DNA of 63,304 nt, filler included, from Reticulomyxa filosa (taxonomy: Eukaryota > Protista > Foraminifera), in NCBI GenBank assembly GCA_000512085.1. It is 9 parts of 9 records of this genome, joined end to end, with 100 filler letters (N's around TTAATTAATTAA, not from the genome) between each part and the next. Parts side by side here need not be neighbours in the genome. Positions count along the whole stretch, not along the records: positions 1 to 3,248 come from ASPP01006287.1; positions 3,349 to 22,448 come from ASPP01004522.1; 7 more parts are not named here. The stretch is one strand, 5' to 3'. The position numbers were made by a program, and so were the translations under genes. Shown in pieces: positions 1 through 10,978 of the stretch. Every line of letters starts with the position of its first letter. Positions within the stretch are counted from its first letter, which is position 1. The notes beneath the pieces were generated by a model that was given only the letters and a program-made list of their open reading frames with translations, was not told the DNA's origin and did no database searches.

Positions 1-3000
1 CTTCAATTGGAAATGGTTTCTTTGCAAACGTACCAGACGTATCGTATGGTGCTTACAAAGTTGTAGAATCAGAAACAGAGCATTCCTCCAACGAAGAGCA
101 AGATCAAAAGACTCCCACAGCTTCCATTCTCCAAAACATGTCTCCAAAATACCAAGATGAGACTTTCAAAACTTCACCAAAAAAACTGAGGCAATCGCCT
201 TCTCTTGATCAAGAATCGCAACATTTCATACAATCAAGTTATTTTTTAAATTACAAAAAAAAAAAGGGGTAACCAAGAAGAAAAATAATGAAAACAAATG
301 AAACTATTAATGTCTGCACTTTTTGTGGCTATTGTTTATTTTTATTTGTCTTTTTTTTATTTTAAGGAAACAATATTGCTAAAGACCGACCCTCTTCAGT
401 TCCAGCAAAAAAAAGAGTTCAAAGTAATCCTTATATATGTACTCCGCAAATTAAAAAACGCCATGCTGAAGAAAGCAACAACATGAAAAGGCTCCGGCAG
501 GAAGTTGCTTTAGAAGAGGAAAAAGAACTCACTTTTCGCCCTAAAATCAACAAAAATTATCCTTTTAATAGAAAACTGGAAGCCAACGTTCCACGGGTAT
601 TTTTTTGTGTTATTTATGTCCTGTCACAGTGAACGTATATGTTTACAATGACTATTGAACAAACAGCGACTGCACTCGTGGGGCAATCAAAAATATTTGA
701 AACAAAAAATTTTAATAATGCAAAAAAAAACTGAAGAGGAGCAAAAAGAAAAAGAGGTTCGTTTGCAACACAAAAGAAGGCCCTCTGAGCCGTCAAAAAG
801 ACAAAAACAAAATCGGTTTCACAGTCTGACCAGTCCAGAAAGTAAATTACCAGTTTATGAGAGGCTACTCGAATTAGAGAAAAAAAGAATCCAAAAAATA
901 GCCAAGTACATAATATAAAACTAATACATATAAAAAACAAAAGATAGTCCTCTGCTTTTTTTTCGTTGAGAGCCCTTGTAAACACTTGGCTCTTTTAAGG
1001 TTACATTGTTTTCATTAAAGGGTCAAAGAAAGACTAGAAGAAAAAGAGATGGAAGAGCTTCAATTTTGCCCAACTACAACAAACTACGAACTGAAAAAAC
1101 AAATCGTAAAACCGATTTGGGAAAGGGTTGATAATATTAACAAAACTAAACAGAGGTTACACACGGAACTAAAACATAAACTAAACAAAGAACGTCAAAG
1201 AGATTTTACCTTCAAACCACAAATTTCAAACAAATCTAAACAATTGGCACAAGTAACTTATTTTTTCATTGTGCACTTTTCTGATTAAGTTAATATTGAT
1301 TCTATTTTCTTTACGGAACAACACAGAAGTACCAAAGCTCGGATGTCGTGAATCGACTGATGCGCTCACAAGTAACATCGTCGCTTGGACGAATACAAAG
1401 GGACTTCAACAATGCAAAAGATGAACACTGCCAATTCAAACCAAAAATTAATCCCGTTTCGGAAGAGATACTAAAGGGGTCACTTCTGTTTCGTACTGCA
1501 AGGAATGATTTCTTTAAAAGACAACAAATCTACAAGGTATTTTCTCATATTTATTTTAAATAGTCTATCGTTATTCAAAACGTAACGTTTTTATGGTCGT
1601 GGCAAATAGTTTGAAAAGTTGGTCAGAGATGCGAGCGACGCCCAACAAACAATCGGAGCCCCAGTATACGTACCCGACATTGGCAATACAGATGCAATTT
1701 TAGCAAAATCTGAAAGGTTTCGCAACAGATATAAACGTTAAGCTACCCCAGAGCAGAAGCGATTTAAAAATATATACATATACGTATATGTATACGTATA
1801 TATTTTAATAGGTACAAATAGCGGCGATCTATGGGAAAGACTTGCAGTTCACGACAGCAAAGCTGCCAAACAAAAACAGCAGCTAAGACAAAAACATGAA
1901 CAAGAAGCGCAAAAATTTAAACCTACGATTAACAAGCGCTCCAAACTAATTGGCAGGCCTTCCTCTATTTATGAATTATGCCAGTCACGTGAGTACAAAC
2001 TTTGTTGTCTATTTCTCTTTTCCCCTGTCAATATCTTCTTCAAGGCCCAAGACGAATGTCTTTTGTGACATATTTCACATTTTGCAGAAAAATCGACTCA
2101 ATTTTTAGATCAAATAAAAGTAGAGACTGAAAAAAACTAAAAGAAGAGTGTCCATTTCAACCTACTCTTTTCAAACCCACAAAAAGGAGTAGACGGTCTC
2201 TCCCTTCATCAGTTTACAAAAGAGACATTTTAAATAAAAATTGGCTCTTTTTTTTTTACTCACTCTATTTTTATTTTATTTTTTTTGAGGAGAAAAAAAT
2301 GGAGCTGAAGAAGTAGATGCATTTGTGATATTTTTTTAAATTGTTTGTTTATGAATGAAAAGAAAACAAATGCAATTATGTCATCGTCAATGCATTCACC
2401 TAATCGAATTAAAATAATGGAGCAAAGGGAACAAGATAAGCAAAAAAAATTGATCGACGCAAGATTGAAACTTGACGAAGAGGTTATGAAAGAGTGCACT
2501 TTTGAACCGAACATTGCCAAATCAGCAAAGAGATTGTCTCGCTCCGAATCAATGCAAGTAATGTTACAAAAAAATAGAGCGTATGTTACATATGGATGCA
2601 TATGTACATGTACATGTGTATACGTTGTTTGCACATAAAAACAATGGATTGAAAGCAATCGTCCAACGTGTTAGGAAAATCTCCAACCTTGATTGAAGGA
2701 TGGGATAAGTTCATGGCACAGCAGGAAAGTGCCAGACAAAAATACTTACAGCAAAAGGCCCGTGAAAAAGAAGTATTTTCAGTGGATGGCTCTGTCTTGG
2801 CAGCGAGGACTATGACTACAAATGGGGCAATGCGAACAGTCCCAAAGCCGTTTCGTCTCAGAAGCAGTCAACGAAAAAAAAGGAAATTGTCGCAAACTTC
2901 GACAGTGCCATCTGCTTGTTCTTGCGTTGAGCCAATTCATGAACTATTGAAATCGCATTCTGAAAAGAAAATGCTGAAGCAGCAAGAACAATATTGCGAA

Positions 3001-3190
3001 AATGGTAAAAACTTGTTCACTCCCTACACAACACAGGCTCAGAGACGGTATGTTTTGTACGTTTGCAAAAAGACAATATATAAACACCACGGAGTGATTA
3101 ATCACGCATTTGAAATTTTTTTTTTGTATTTGTTTGTTACATTTGATTAGGGAAATGGTTTGGAAAATTCTCGAAAGAGAACTACAGTGA
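1..3190 (+). CDS. 5'-partial multi-exon basic coiled-coil protein with ~9 repeated (E/C)xFxPxI motifs and a TVPKPFRL motif; putative microtubule-associated protein
   Basis: Exon translations contain ELTFRPKIN, ELQFCPTT, DFTFKPQIS, HCQFKPKIN, QKFKPTIN, ECPFQPTL, ECTFEPNI, TVPKPFRL. Last exon 3151-3190 (EMVWKILERELQ*). GT-AG introns; one A-run frameshift near 2130. Function is inference. Confidence 0.6.
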
Positions 3191-3248
3191 ATGATTCACA
3201 CTTAATAAAAAAAAAAAATAAAATATTAATTAATTTTTTTTTTTTTTT

Positions 3249-3348
3249 NNNNNNNNNNNNNNNNNNNNNNNNNNNNNNNNNNNNNNNNNNNNTTAATTAA
3301 TTAANNNNNNNNNNNNNNNNNNNNNNNNNNNNNNNNNNNNNNNNNNNN
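3249..3348. other. Artificial contig linker N44-TTAATTAATTAA-N44
   Basis: Identical 100-bp spacer with stops in all six frames, repeated 8 times in the window. Confidence 0.98.
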
Positions 3349-3357
3349 CGTATTACA
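3349..3357 (-). mobile_element. Terminus (TGTAATACG) of a putative repeat/transposon, cut by the contig end
   Basis: Reverse complement of CGTATTACA equals the first 9 nt of the element at 9164-9207 and of the contig end at 38784-38799. Flank shares TTGTAGGAA...AGTGARGAG...ACTAA with the 38784 copy. Confidence 0.5.
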
Positions 3358-4297
3358 TTTAGTGAAGCTCTTCACTGTAGACTTCCTACAAGTAAGCAAA
3401 GAAATGCATTTATTGTGCAAAAATTAGTATAATGTATCATTTCTTTTTTTTTTTAAACACGAACTTATAACACGTTTTTTGCCAAGTAAAGATTTATTTC
3501 TTTTCTCAAAAAAACTAATGATAACACAGATAAAATATTAACTTAATTTTTAAAAAGATAAAATTTGTAAAAAGTAATAATACCAAAAATCTTCACGTCT
3601 AACTTGGAAATGAAAATTTTATTTTCTTCAACAAATCAAAATTGAGTATTTACTTAATTAATTTCCAATCTAAAGACAAAAAAAATAAATCAAAAAGCAA
3701 TGTTGGCGGAATCATCACAAAACTTATCGACTTAGAACACAAAACTAAACACGAGAGAAAATAGAAGACGGCGATTTCAGTTAGATTGATGATTGTTCGA
3801 TGAAATGTAAACAATAATAAGAGAATACTTTGTGGAAGTTACAAGTGTGTTATGCAATACATATGTATGTGTAATTGAAGATGGAGGCACAACAGCGATG
3901 TGTACATGCACATGTCAGTGGATCATAGCCCGAACAGTCCCTCCAAGTATTAATTTGAAAAAAATGAACACTACATATCTCTATCATTTTTTAAAATGCA
4001 GTCTTTGCTTTTTTAGAAAAAGTTTTGGAAAACTGTTTTCCTAACTTCTTTGCAACTATTATTATCATTTTTCAAAGTTATTCAAAAAATTTTTAGCTAT
4101 TAAAATTGGATAATTTTTAATTATATATTTTTTTATACGCGAAGACAGTAAAGAATAGACGTGCACAAGCCAATAAAATTTTTAACAGTTTGTGCTGCAT
4201 GAACTAGCTCAAGAGAACTTTTCTTAAAACAACAAGTACTGCAACAAGTAGCTTTATCTTGTTAAATATCTCAGAGATATAATCCTACCAAAGCAAA

Positions 4298-5012
4298 ATG
4301 AAAGCACTTTTCCGTGTGTCATTAGCAAATTTGTCCAACACTAAGTTCAAAATGATCCCACTTTACCATTGGTCTCGCTCTAACTTTACAAAAAGTTTTG
4401 TGCCTTGTTAGAGCTGCGGTCAATTTTGTAAATGGAATCTGTTTGTTGTCTGTTTGCGGGAAATAGTTACGGAAGCAGATTATTACTACACAAAAGACCA
4501 TGAATGGATTACCCCTCCCGATGCAGACGGTGTTTCAGCGGTGGGGGCTACTCATTATCTTCAGCAAACAGTTATTGTGTAGTTCATGCTCGATGCACAA
4601 AAACAAAACAAAACGAAATACAATAAAAATAAACCAAAAAGTCTGGAGATGTAGTATCTGTGAAACTGCCAAAAGAAGGAGACGAATTCAAACAAAACGA
4701 GATATTTGCTACCATTAAGTCAGCAAAGAAGACGACTGACCTTCATTGTCCTGTATCTGGGGCTGTGGTAGAAGTAAATGAGCAATTACAAAATAAACCT
4801 GAGATGATCAATAAATCTCCCTATCAATCAGGATGGATGATCAAATTACGACTTAATGATGCCAAAGAAGTAAGTTTAAGTAATTACAAGAAAAATGTTT
4901 TTATTTGTTTTTTTTAGTCATTACCGATTTGACTGCTTGCACACTGTGCAAATTGAAACAGCTTAAACAATTGATGAATTTGACTCACTACCACAAGCAT
5001 TACGAATCTTAG
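4298..5012 (+). CDS. GCSH: Glycine cleavage system H protein, divergent, mitochondrial-type presequence, 4 exons
   Basis: Spliced product: MKALFRVSL...YYYTKDHEWI...SGDVVSVKLP...ATIKSAKKTTDLHCPVSGAVVEVNEQLQNKPEMINKSPYQSGWMIKL...LMNLTHY. HEW, PVSG and INxSPY-GW motifs are typical of H proteins. Confidence 0.9.
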
Positions 5013-5944
5013 CTTGCATTGGAAGAACAAATTGCTGCTTTTTTCTTCCATTTTTTGTTTTAGTTTGCTTGTGTTAAATTGTTCGGTCATGTATTTTTAT
5101 GTAGACTTGGCTTATTATTTAGCCAAGTATTTTTTTTGTTTATTGTAATGTTTAAGTACGTTTATTGCACAAAGTAGGCACACTATTTCAGACAAAAAAG
5201 ACAACTGCTCAACTTTTGAATTGACCTCATGCAAGTATTTAACAAATGGAAATAAGCTGAACTCCAAATACGTCTCACTGTTTAACTTTTTTAAAAAAAT
5301 GATTTGAATTTATTTGTGTTGTGCTTTTCCTACATCCTTATTTTTATTCTTTCTTTCCCATGCTTAATTTCTTTTAGAAACTTTTAAAAATTTTGCATGG
5401 GTATTGTGACTTCTCAATAATTTTTATTTAAATGTGTTCAGTAATTACCTTTTTTGACAATTTTATACAATTAAAGAGCGCACATGTTGCTTATTATTGC
5501 GTTCAGATAAAGTTATTACATATGGAGTCCTCCAAGCGCAACAATTTTGCGGAAATTTCTGTTTCAGTTAATCATTTGACACCAATAAATAGAAAGTGCG
5601 AGTTTCAATTAAAACTTTGGATGGCTGTCTTGTAATATTTTCTATTTTTGACAAACTCTATCACGCAATTTTCAAAGTTTCAATGAAAAAATATTTAACA
5701 TGTATTATGGAAGTATTATATTCATTAAAAATTGTAGCATTCATCTGCACAATTTTATTTCTCACTTTCCATAAAATTACAGTTTAATTTCATGTGTGTT
5801 CACAATTAAAGCAAATTAAATTAAAAATAATGAGAAAACTAAACATGAAACTGAAATGTATTCACAAAAAATATTTAACTATACCTACTAATTTGTAACA
5901 TTGTGTTCATAGTTGAATAAAATAACAAACTTTTGATAAAACAA

Positions 5945-6895
5945 TTTATGCAACATTAAAAATTGACTCTTGAACTACCACTGGCAAACTCAACAACTCA
6001 GTAGTAAGTATTATTTCAATCTTTTGCATGACATCTTTAAGTTACAGTATTGACTGAGCCTTTTTGGGGGCAGTAGACAATGCTCGCATCTGTATAACAC
6101 GAAATTGAGCACTTTTTTTGTAAAAACTAAAATTTTTCCTATTTCTTGGCATGAATGACTTAACATCATGGTCGACATCGACAATGGTGTCCATGCCCAT
6201 TATTTTAAGTGGTTTAATCTTTTTCTGGGTTAATTTGTTTGTTTCTTTGTCTCTCCACCTAGTCAACTGTTGTTCTACTTTGATTGATTGCGATTGTTCT
6301 TGCAGCTGCACTGAGAAAGTGGAACTTACATGCTCTCCAAGCAATTGCGTTGTTTTACCAAGAAAAAATATTTCATTCAAATTCGAATAGCCTAATCGTT
6401 TTACCAAATGATCCAACAGATTTTTGGAAGCTTCCTGAAATGTAATAAAATTGAACAATTAAACGTGCTTTCAAAACAAAAACAAAAACGATGACAACCT
6501 TGGACCAAAGGTGTGATTTTTGTCTCGAGGCAAGCTTCACTTCATAACTGATTTCTCCTTGCACTGATGCTGGATGAAATCTTGCCAATCGGGACAACAC
6601 ATGACGTGTTTGTTCATCTGACAACTTTTCAATGCTTTCGACAACAGGGTCAGTACAGGCAAGTAAATCTTCTAATAATTTAATAATTTCATTGTGTACT
6701 TCAGACGTTGACATAGTCTCCTGTTGACATTAAGCAGCAACATATTTGTTCAATTTGGTGCTTATTTGCCTCATAGAGAGTTCTAACTTTTTGTCGTGTG
6801 ACAAGCTCATTTAGGTTTTGTAGAATATATTGTATGTCATTTTCTTCATATCGCATGCCACGCAATCTTTCATTTGCATGGTTTCGTTTTGCCAT
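5945..6895 (-). pseudogene. Disrupted hypothetical gene of unknown family
   Basis: Three consecutive minus-strand ORFs (6895-6701, 6714-~6500, 6436-6042) joined by a frameshift and a likely intron. The frame stays open and coding-like (LKDVMQKIEIILTTELLSLPVVVQESIFNVA) past the TAA at 6042-6044. Confidence 0.4.
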
Positions 6896-7202
6896 TCTTT
6901 TCGGTTATGGAAAAAAGTTTTTAGGAAGAGTATTTTTAATAATCTATTTTATGAGGTGATATTATTTTTTCTTTATCTCTTTAAGTGGGAACCACATCAT
7001 GAGTATGTGTTATTAATGGAGAGCCGTCGAAAATAGATCTAAAACGTTTATTTTGTTGATCTCAAACTTAAATCATAGCTTTAAAGCGCTTAAAACGTCT
7101 TGTGAATGTTTTGTCCTTCCTTGACGGTCCAAAAACACCCTTCTCATAGATCATAATAAAATTCTATTTAGTAGTTTTTTATCCATTAAAAGCCTTTGTT
7201 AT

Positions 7203-8989
7203 ATGTCTATTGCATTTCTGCTTTTAACGGTAGTGTTTAATCCATGGATTGTCGATTCGGAGTCATGGTACGACTCGTACTGTAACAAGAACCCGTACGA
7301 GCATAAAATTACCCCTTTAAATGCAAATGACGAATCGCAAGTTGAAGCATTGCAACAGGTACAAATATTTATTCGTCATGGAGCACGTACAACGACTAGC
7401 AGTATTGCTTCTTATTTCCCAAATGCGAAGCCACAACAGTTTAACTGTACAATTGCAACAGTGGATTCAAGGCAATATGACAACACTACTGGTCAAGTAT
7501 CTGTGAGAAAGCGTTACGTATGGAACGAAAACGTAGTCGAAGGTAATTGTGCCGTGGGGCAAAGCGTCAATGACTTGAAAATGCAACATACCATCAACGC
7601 CAAGCTAATCATTGGTTACTTGTAGCCATTTTGTGTTTTTTGATTGTCTCTTCTCTTTGAAAATCAAATTCGGTCCCTTTGGCATTTTTTTGCAAAACAT
7701 AGAATTTTTTTTGCTCACAAAAAAAAAAAGAGGCGTACATTAATGCCACAGTGGCATTATTTGATGAAGCGGAACTGTTAGAAATCAGACAGCAGATAAT
7801 AGAACAAAAATACTCACAATGGCGACAAAAGATTGAATTTCGCAGTACAGATATGGAGCGTACGTTGGCAAGCGCGATTGCGTTTCTAAGCGCGTTGCTG
7901 CAATTGAACGATCCCATTGTGGCCATTGACATTCTAACGCACGACTCTCAAACTGACCCCTATCTGCCAACAGATAAGAATAACTACTGTCCAGATTTGG
8001 GGACGTGGTTTCATGAGAAAAGTTAAATATATAATATATATATATGTATACGTGCAATAATATGTATTTGAGAAATGCAAGAAACACAACAACAACAACA
8101 ACAAAATGGATGATAACGGTAATAAAGACCAGGACACATCAGAGTATATCGACACTTGGAACAGTGCATTCGCAAATGAAACAAAGTATGAATGGCTCGA
8201 AAGCACAGGAAGCGCGTTGCGTGGGAGTTCGGGGATTGACATTTTGCCGATGTATTGTTATGGGTTGAATATTCCGGTGACAAGCGAGTTATTTGAGAAG
8301 ACTGTGAATTTGAGCTATCAGTACAACTCTGCTATGTTTCACAATGGAAAAACGTCTGTGATGACGGCCCAACTGGCTGCTACGCCTATGGTGTATTTGA
8401 TACGAAACTATGTCGAACAGGTCCAAACCACATTGCTCCCCAAGTTTGTGCTCCATTCTTTCCATGACTCCAGCATCTTGTTATTACTCGAGGCGTTGCA
8501 AATTTCTGACGGAGTGCAGCCCATTTTTGCTGAAATGCTGTCTTTGGAAGTTACAAACTACAATTCTTTTTTTGTTATATATTATCGCTACATATTTTTT
8601 TTAAAAAAAAGATTTATAATCGTAGTGACGGTGGTCACATGTTTCGGTGGCTGCGTAATGGCAAGTGGCTGAAATTTGACGGCTGTGACTATTCTCAAAA
8701 CGGTACGCAGTTGTGTAACTTGACGGTGCTGATGGATGCAATGAGCTTTGGTTTGAGTTTGCAAGAGTGGGGACCTCATTGTGTTAATATCACCACAGCC
8801 TCTGCCGAGTCTACCTCCTCACCTAAGCAGTCATCGCAAAATTGCTCTCAAAACAGTTCTCGAGATGTCGGCATTGGAATTGCGATCGGAATTTCCGCTG
8901 CTCTTCTCTGTGTTGCAAGTGTGTGGTGGATCTTTTATAGGAAATCCATGCATACAAAACTTAGAGACGAAACTGAAGATGATATTTAA
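7203..8989 (+). CDS. Histidine acid phosphatase (branch 2), signal peptide plus C-terminal TM anchor, lysosomal-type
   Basis: Catalytic RHGART motif, FRSTDMERTLASA, and HD motif (LHSFHDSS). Hydrophobic N-terminus and TM VGIGIAIGISAALLCVASVWWIFY. About 4 exons. Confidence 0.92.
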
Positions 8990-9163
8990 CCATCTCTTAG
9001 TCCAATACTGACTTTGCTTTCCCACGAGCAAAGGCATGTCGTATGCTGTATTATTTCTAAAATTGTCAATTCTGCCTTTTTTACAAATCAAAATTTAACA
9101 TTTTTTTCTCCATTCAATCATGTTTAAATGACACATTGTAAAAGTAGGTCGTCTACTAAAATG

Positions 9164-9207
9164 TGTAATACGAAAGGTGTGACTTTGAGTAAGATTTCAA
9201 TACTACA
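9164..9207 (+). mobile_element. 44-bp TG...CA mini-element with imperfect terminal inverted repeats and 6-bp target-site duplication AAAATG
   Basis: TGTAATACGAAAGGTGTGACTTTGAGTAAGATTTCAATACTACA, flanked by AAAATG at 9158-9163 and 9208-9213. Ends: TGTAATAC-GAAA versus reverse complement TGTAGTATTGAAA. Confidence 0.6.
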
Positions 9208-9515
9208 AAAATGAATAAATAAGGACAAGACAAAGTTATTTTTCATGCAAAAGGTAAGGTATTGATGGATGTAGTTATATTTACTTTCTTTCAAAACAAA
9301 TAAAATCGCATAGATGCTTTGTAGTACAAAGGTGCCAAAAATTAAAATAGTACATCATGTCTGCATATGCTAATCCATTGTTTATGTTTATTTTTCTGTA
9401 ACTTTAGCTAATAAATGAGTATTGTTCTTAACACCTTTCGGTAACAAAAAAAATTGAAAGGAAAGGAGGAACATCTAAGAATTGTGTAAATATATTTCAA
9501 TAACAAAAAACAACA

Positions 9516-10592
9516 ATGACTATTTCTCCAAAGTTGCAGTTTTGGTGTTATAAAGATGCAATTGAAAATTTGTACGTGTCGACAGTAGGACAACCGTCGT
9601 TAGTGTTGACTCCGTTGCAGGCATGGGAACAAAGCAATCCATTGTATTTCCAAATGTGCCTTTTGATTTGGACGAACGTGTGGACATTCACACGTGGAAA
9701 ATTGTACGATTGGTCAGCAGTAGACCGACTGTGGTCAATATCGCCGATACTATATGGCATCTGTTATGTTTTGCATGACCTGTACCACTCAGGGAACAAA
9801 CTCACCTGTCCACGAAACGCAGTGATTGCATTACTAGTGACACTGTGGGGATTGCGACTGACGTGGAATTTTGCGATCAAAGGAGGATATAACGTTTTGT
9901 TTTTTCCAAAAAAAAAAATAGGCCCCACGTAACCTCCTCTTAAAAAATCCAGTCCCCACAAATATGTATAGAACAAAGAAAGCGAAGACTATCGCTGGGA
10001 AATCGTTCGTAATTGGTTCAAGAGTATTCGAATCCCATTTGTTGGACGAATTTGCCAAGAGTTGTTTTATTTGTTATTTGTTAACTTCTATCAAAACACC
10101 TTGATTTGGAGCTTTGTCGGTATTCCAATGTATTTGACCTATGAAATAAGCAAAATCACCAGTAGCTGGAATACCATGGACTACTCATTGGTTTTTGCTT
10201 GGAGTGTATTCTTTTGGATTGAAAGTATTGCCGATTATCAAATGTTCCAATTTCAAACTCAAAAAAAAAAATTTTTACGTAATGAATTAAAAGTAAATGA
10301 TGCTCAAAAAAAAATTTATGAAAGAGGCTTTTTTACCGGAGGTTTGTATAGCCTCAGTAGACATCCTAACTATTTTGCTGAACAATGCATGTGGTGGGTT
10401 ATCTCTTTGTGGCCCATGTTTTTGCAAAAATCAGTCAACTGGAGCGGTGTACCTGCTTTTTTGTTGACTCTACTTTTCCAAGGCTCTACCACTCTGGCAG
10501 AACAAATCTCTTCTCAAAAATATCCTGATTACAAAATCTATCAACAACGCGTTTCTAGACTCATCCCGTGGTTTGCTCGACCAATGAATTAA
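9516..10592 (+). CDS. DUF1295 / steroid 5-alpha-reductase-like membrane protein
   Basis: WSAVDRLWSI, LWGLRLTWNF, EDYRW (exon 2), ESIADYQMFQF, GLYSLSRHPNYFAEQ, YPDYKIYQQRVSRLIPW. One intron ~9893-9971. Confidence 0.9.
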
Positions 10593-10978
10593 TCATGGTA
10601 TCATTTTATTTCTGGACTTTTTTTTATGTGTGTGATAAATAGGCAAAATTTGTATTATTCCAAACATTACACATTTTTCGCAATTATATAATGCAAGAGT
10701 ATTCATTGTTTTTTTTTTTTTGCCCGAAGAAATTTTTACCATTTTCCATCCTTAAAATATTTCATTATGTTGCCGGAATAAAAACGTTGAAATGTGTTAC
10801 AATAACATATTTTTCAGTGATACCAATTTTCAACTTGATAAGGTGATATTTCTCATCAACAAAATTCTTTTTTAAAAAAAGAAATATGCATTCTAAGCTT
10901 GGTATAGTTAGGGGTTTAGCACAAAATAAATTTCTATTTTTATTTGTTCACATGGCTCAATAGCACTCTTTCATCTAA

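Noticed and set aside
6042-6044. TAA read as glutamine (alternative genetic code)
   Set aside because: Conserved genes here end in TAA, TAG and TGA and have no in-frame stops in conserved blocks.
10905-10920. TTAGGGGTTTAG as telomeric repeat
   Set aside because: Fewer than two units and internal; not an array.
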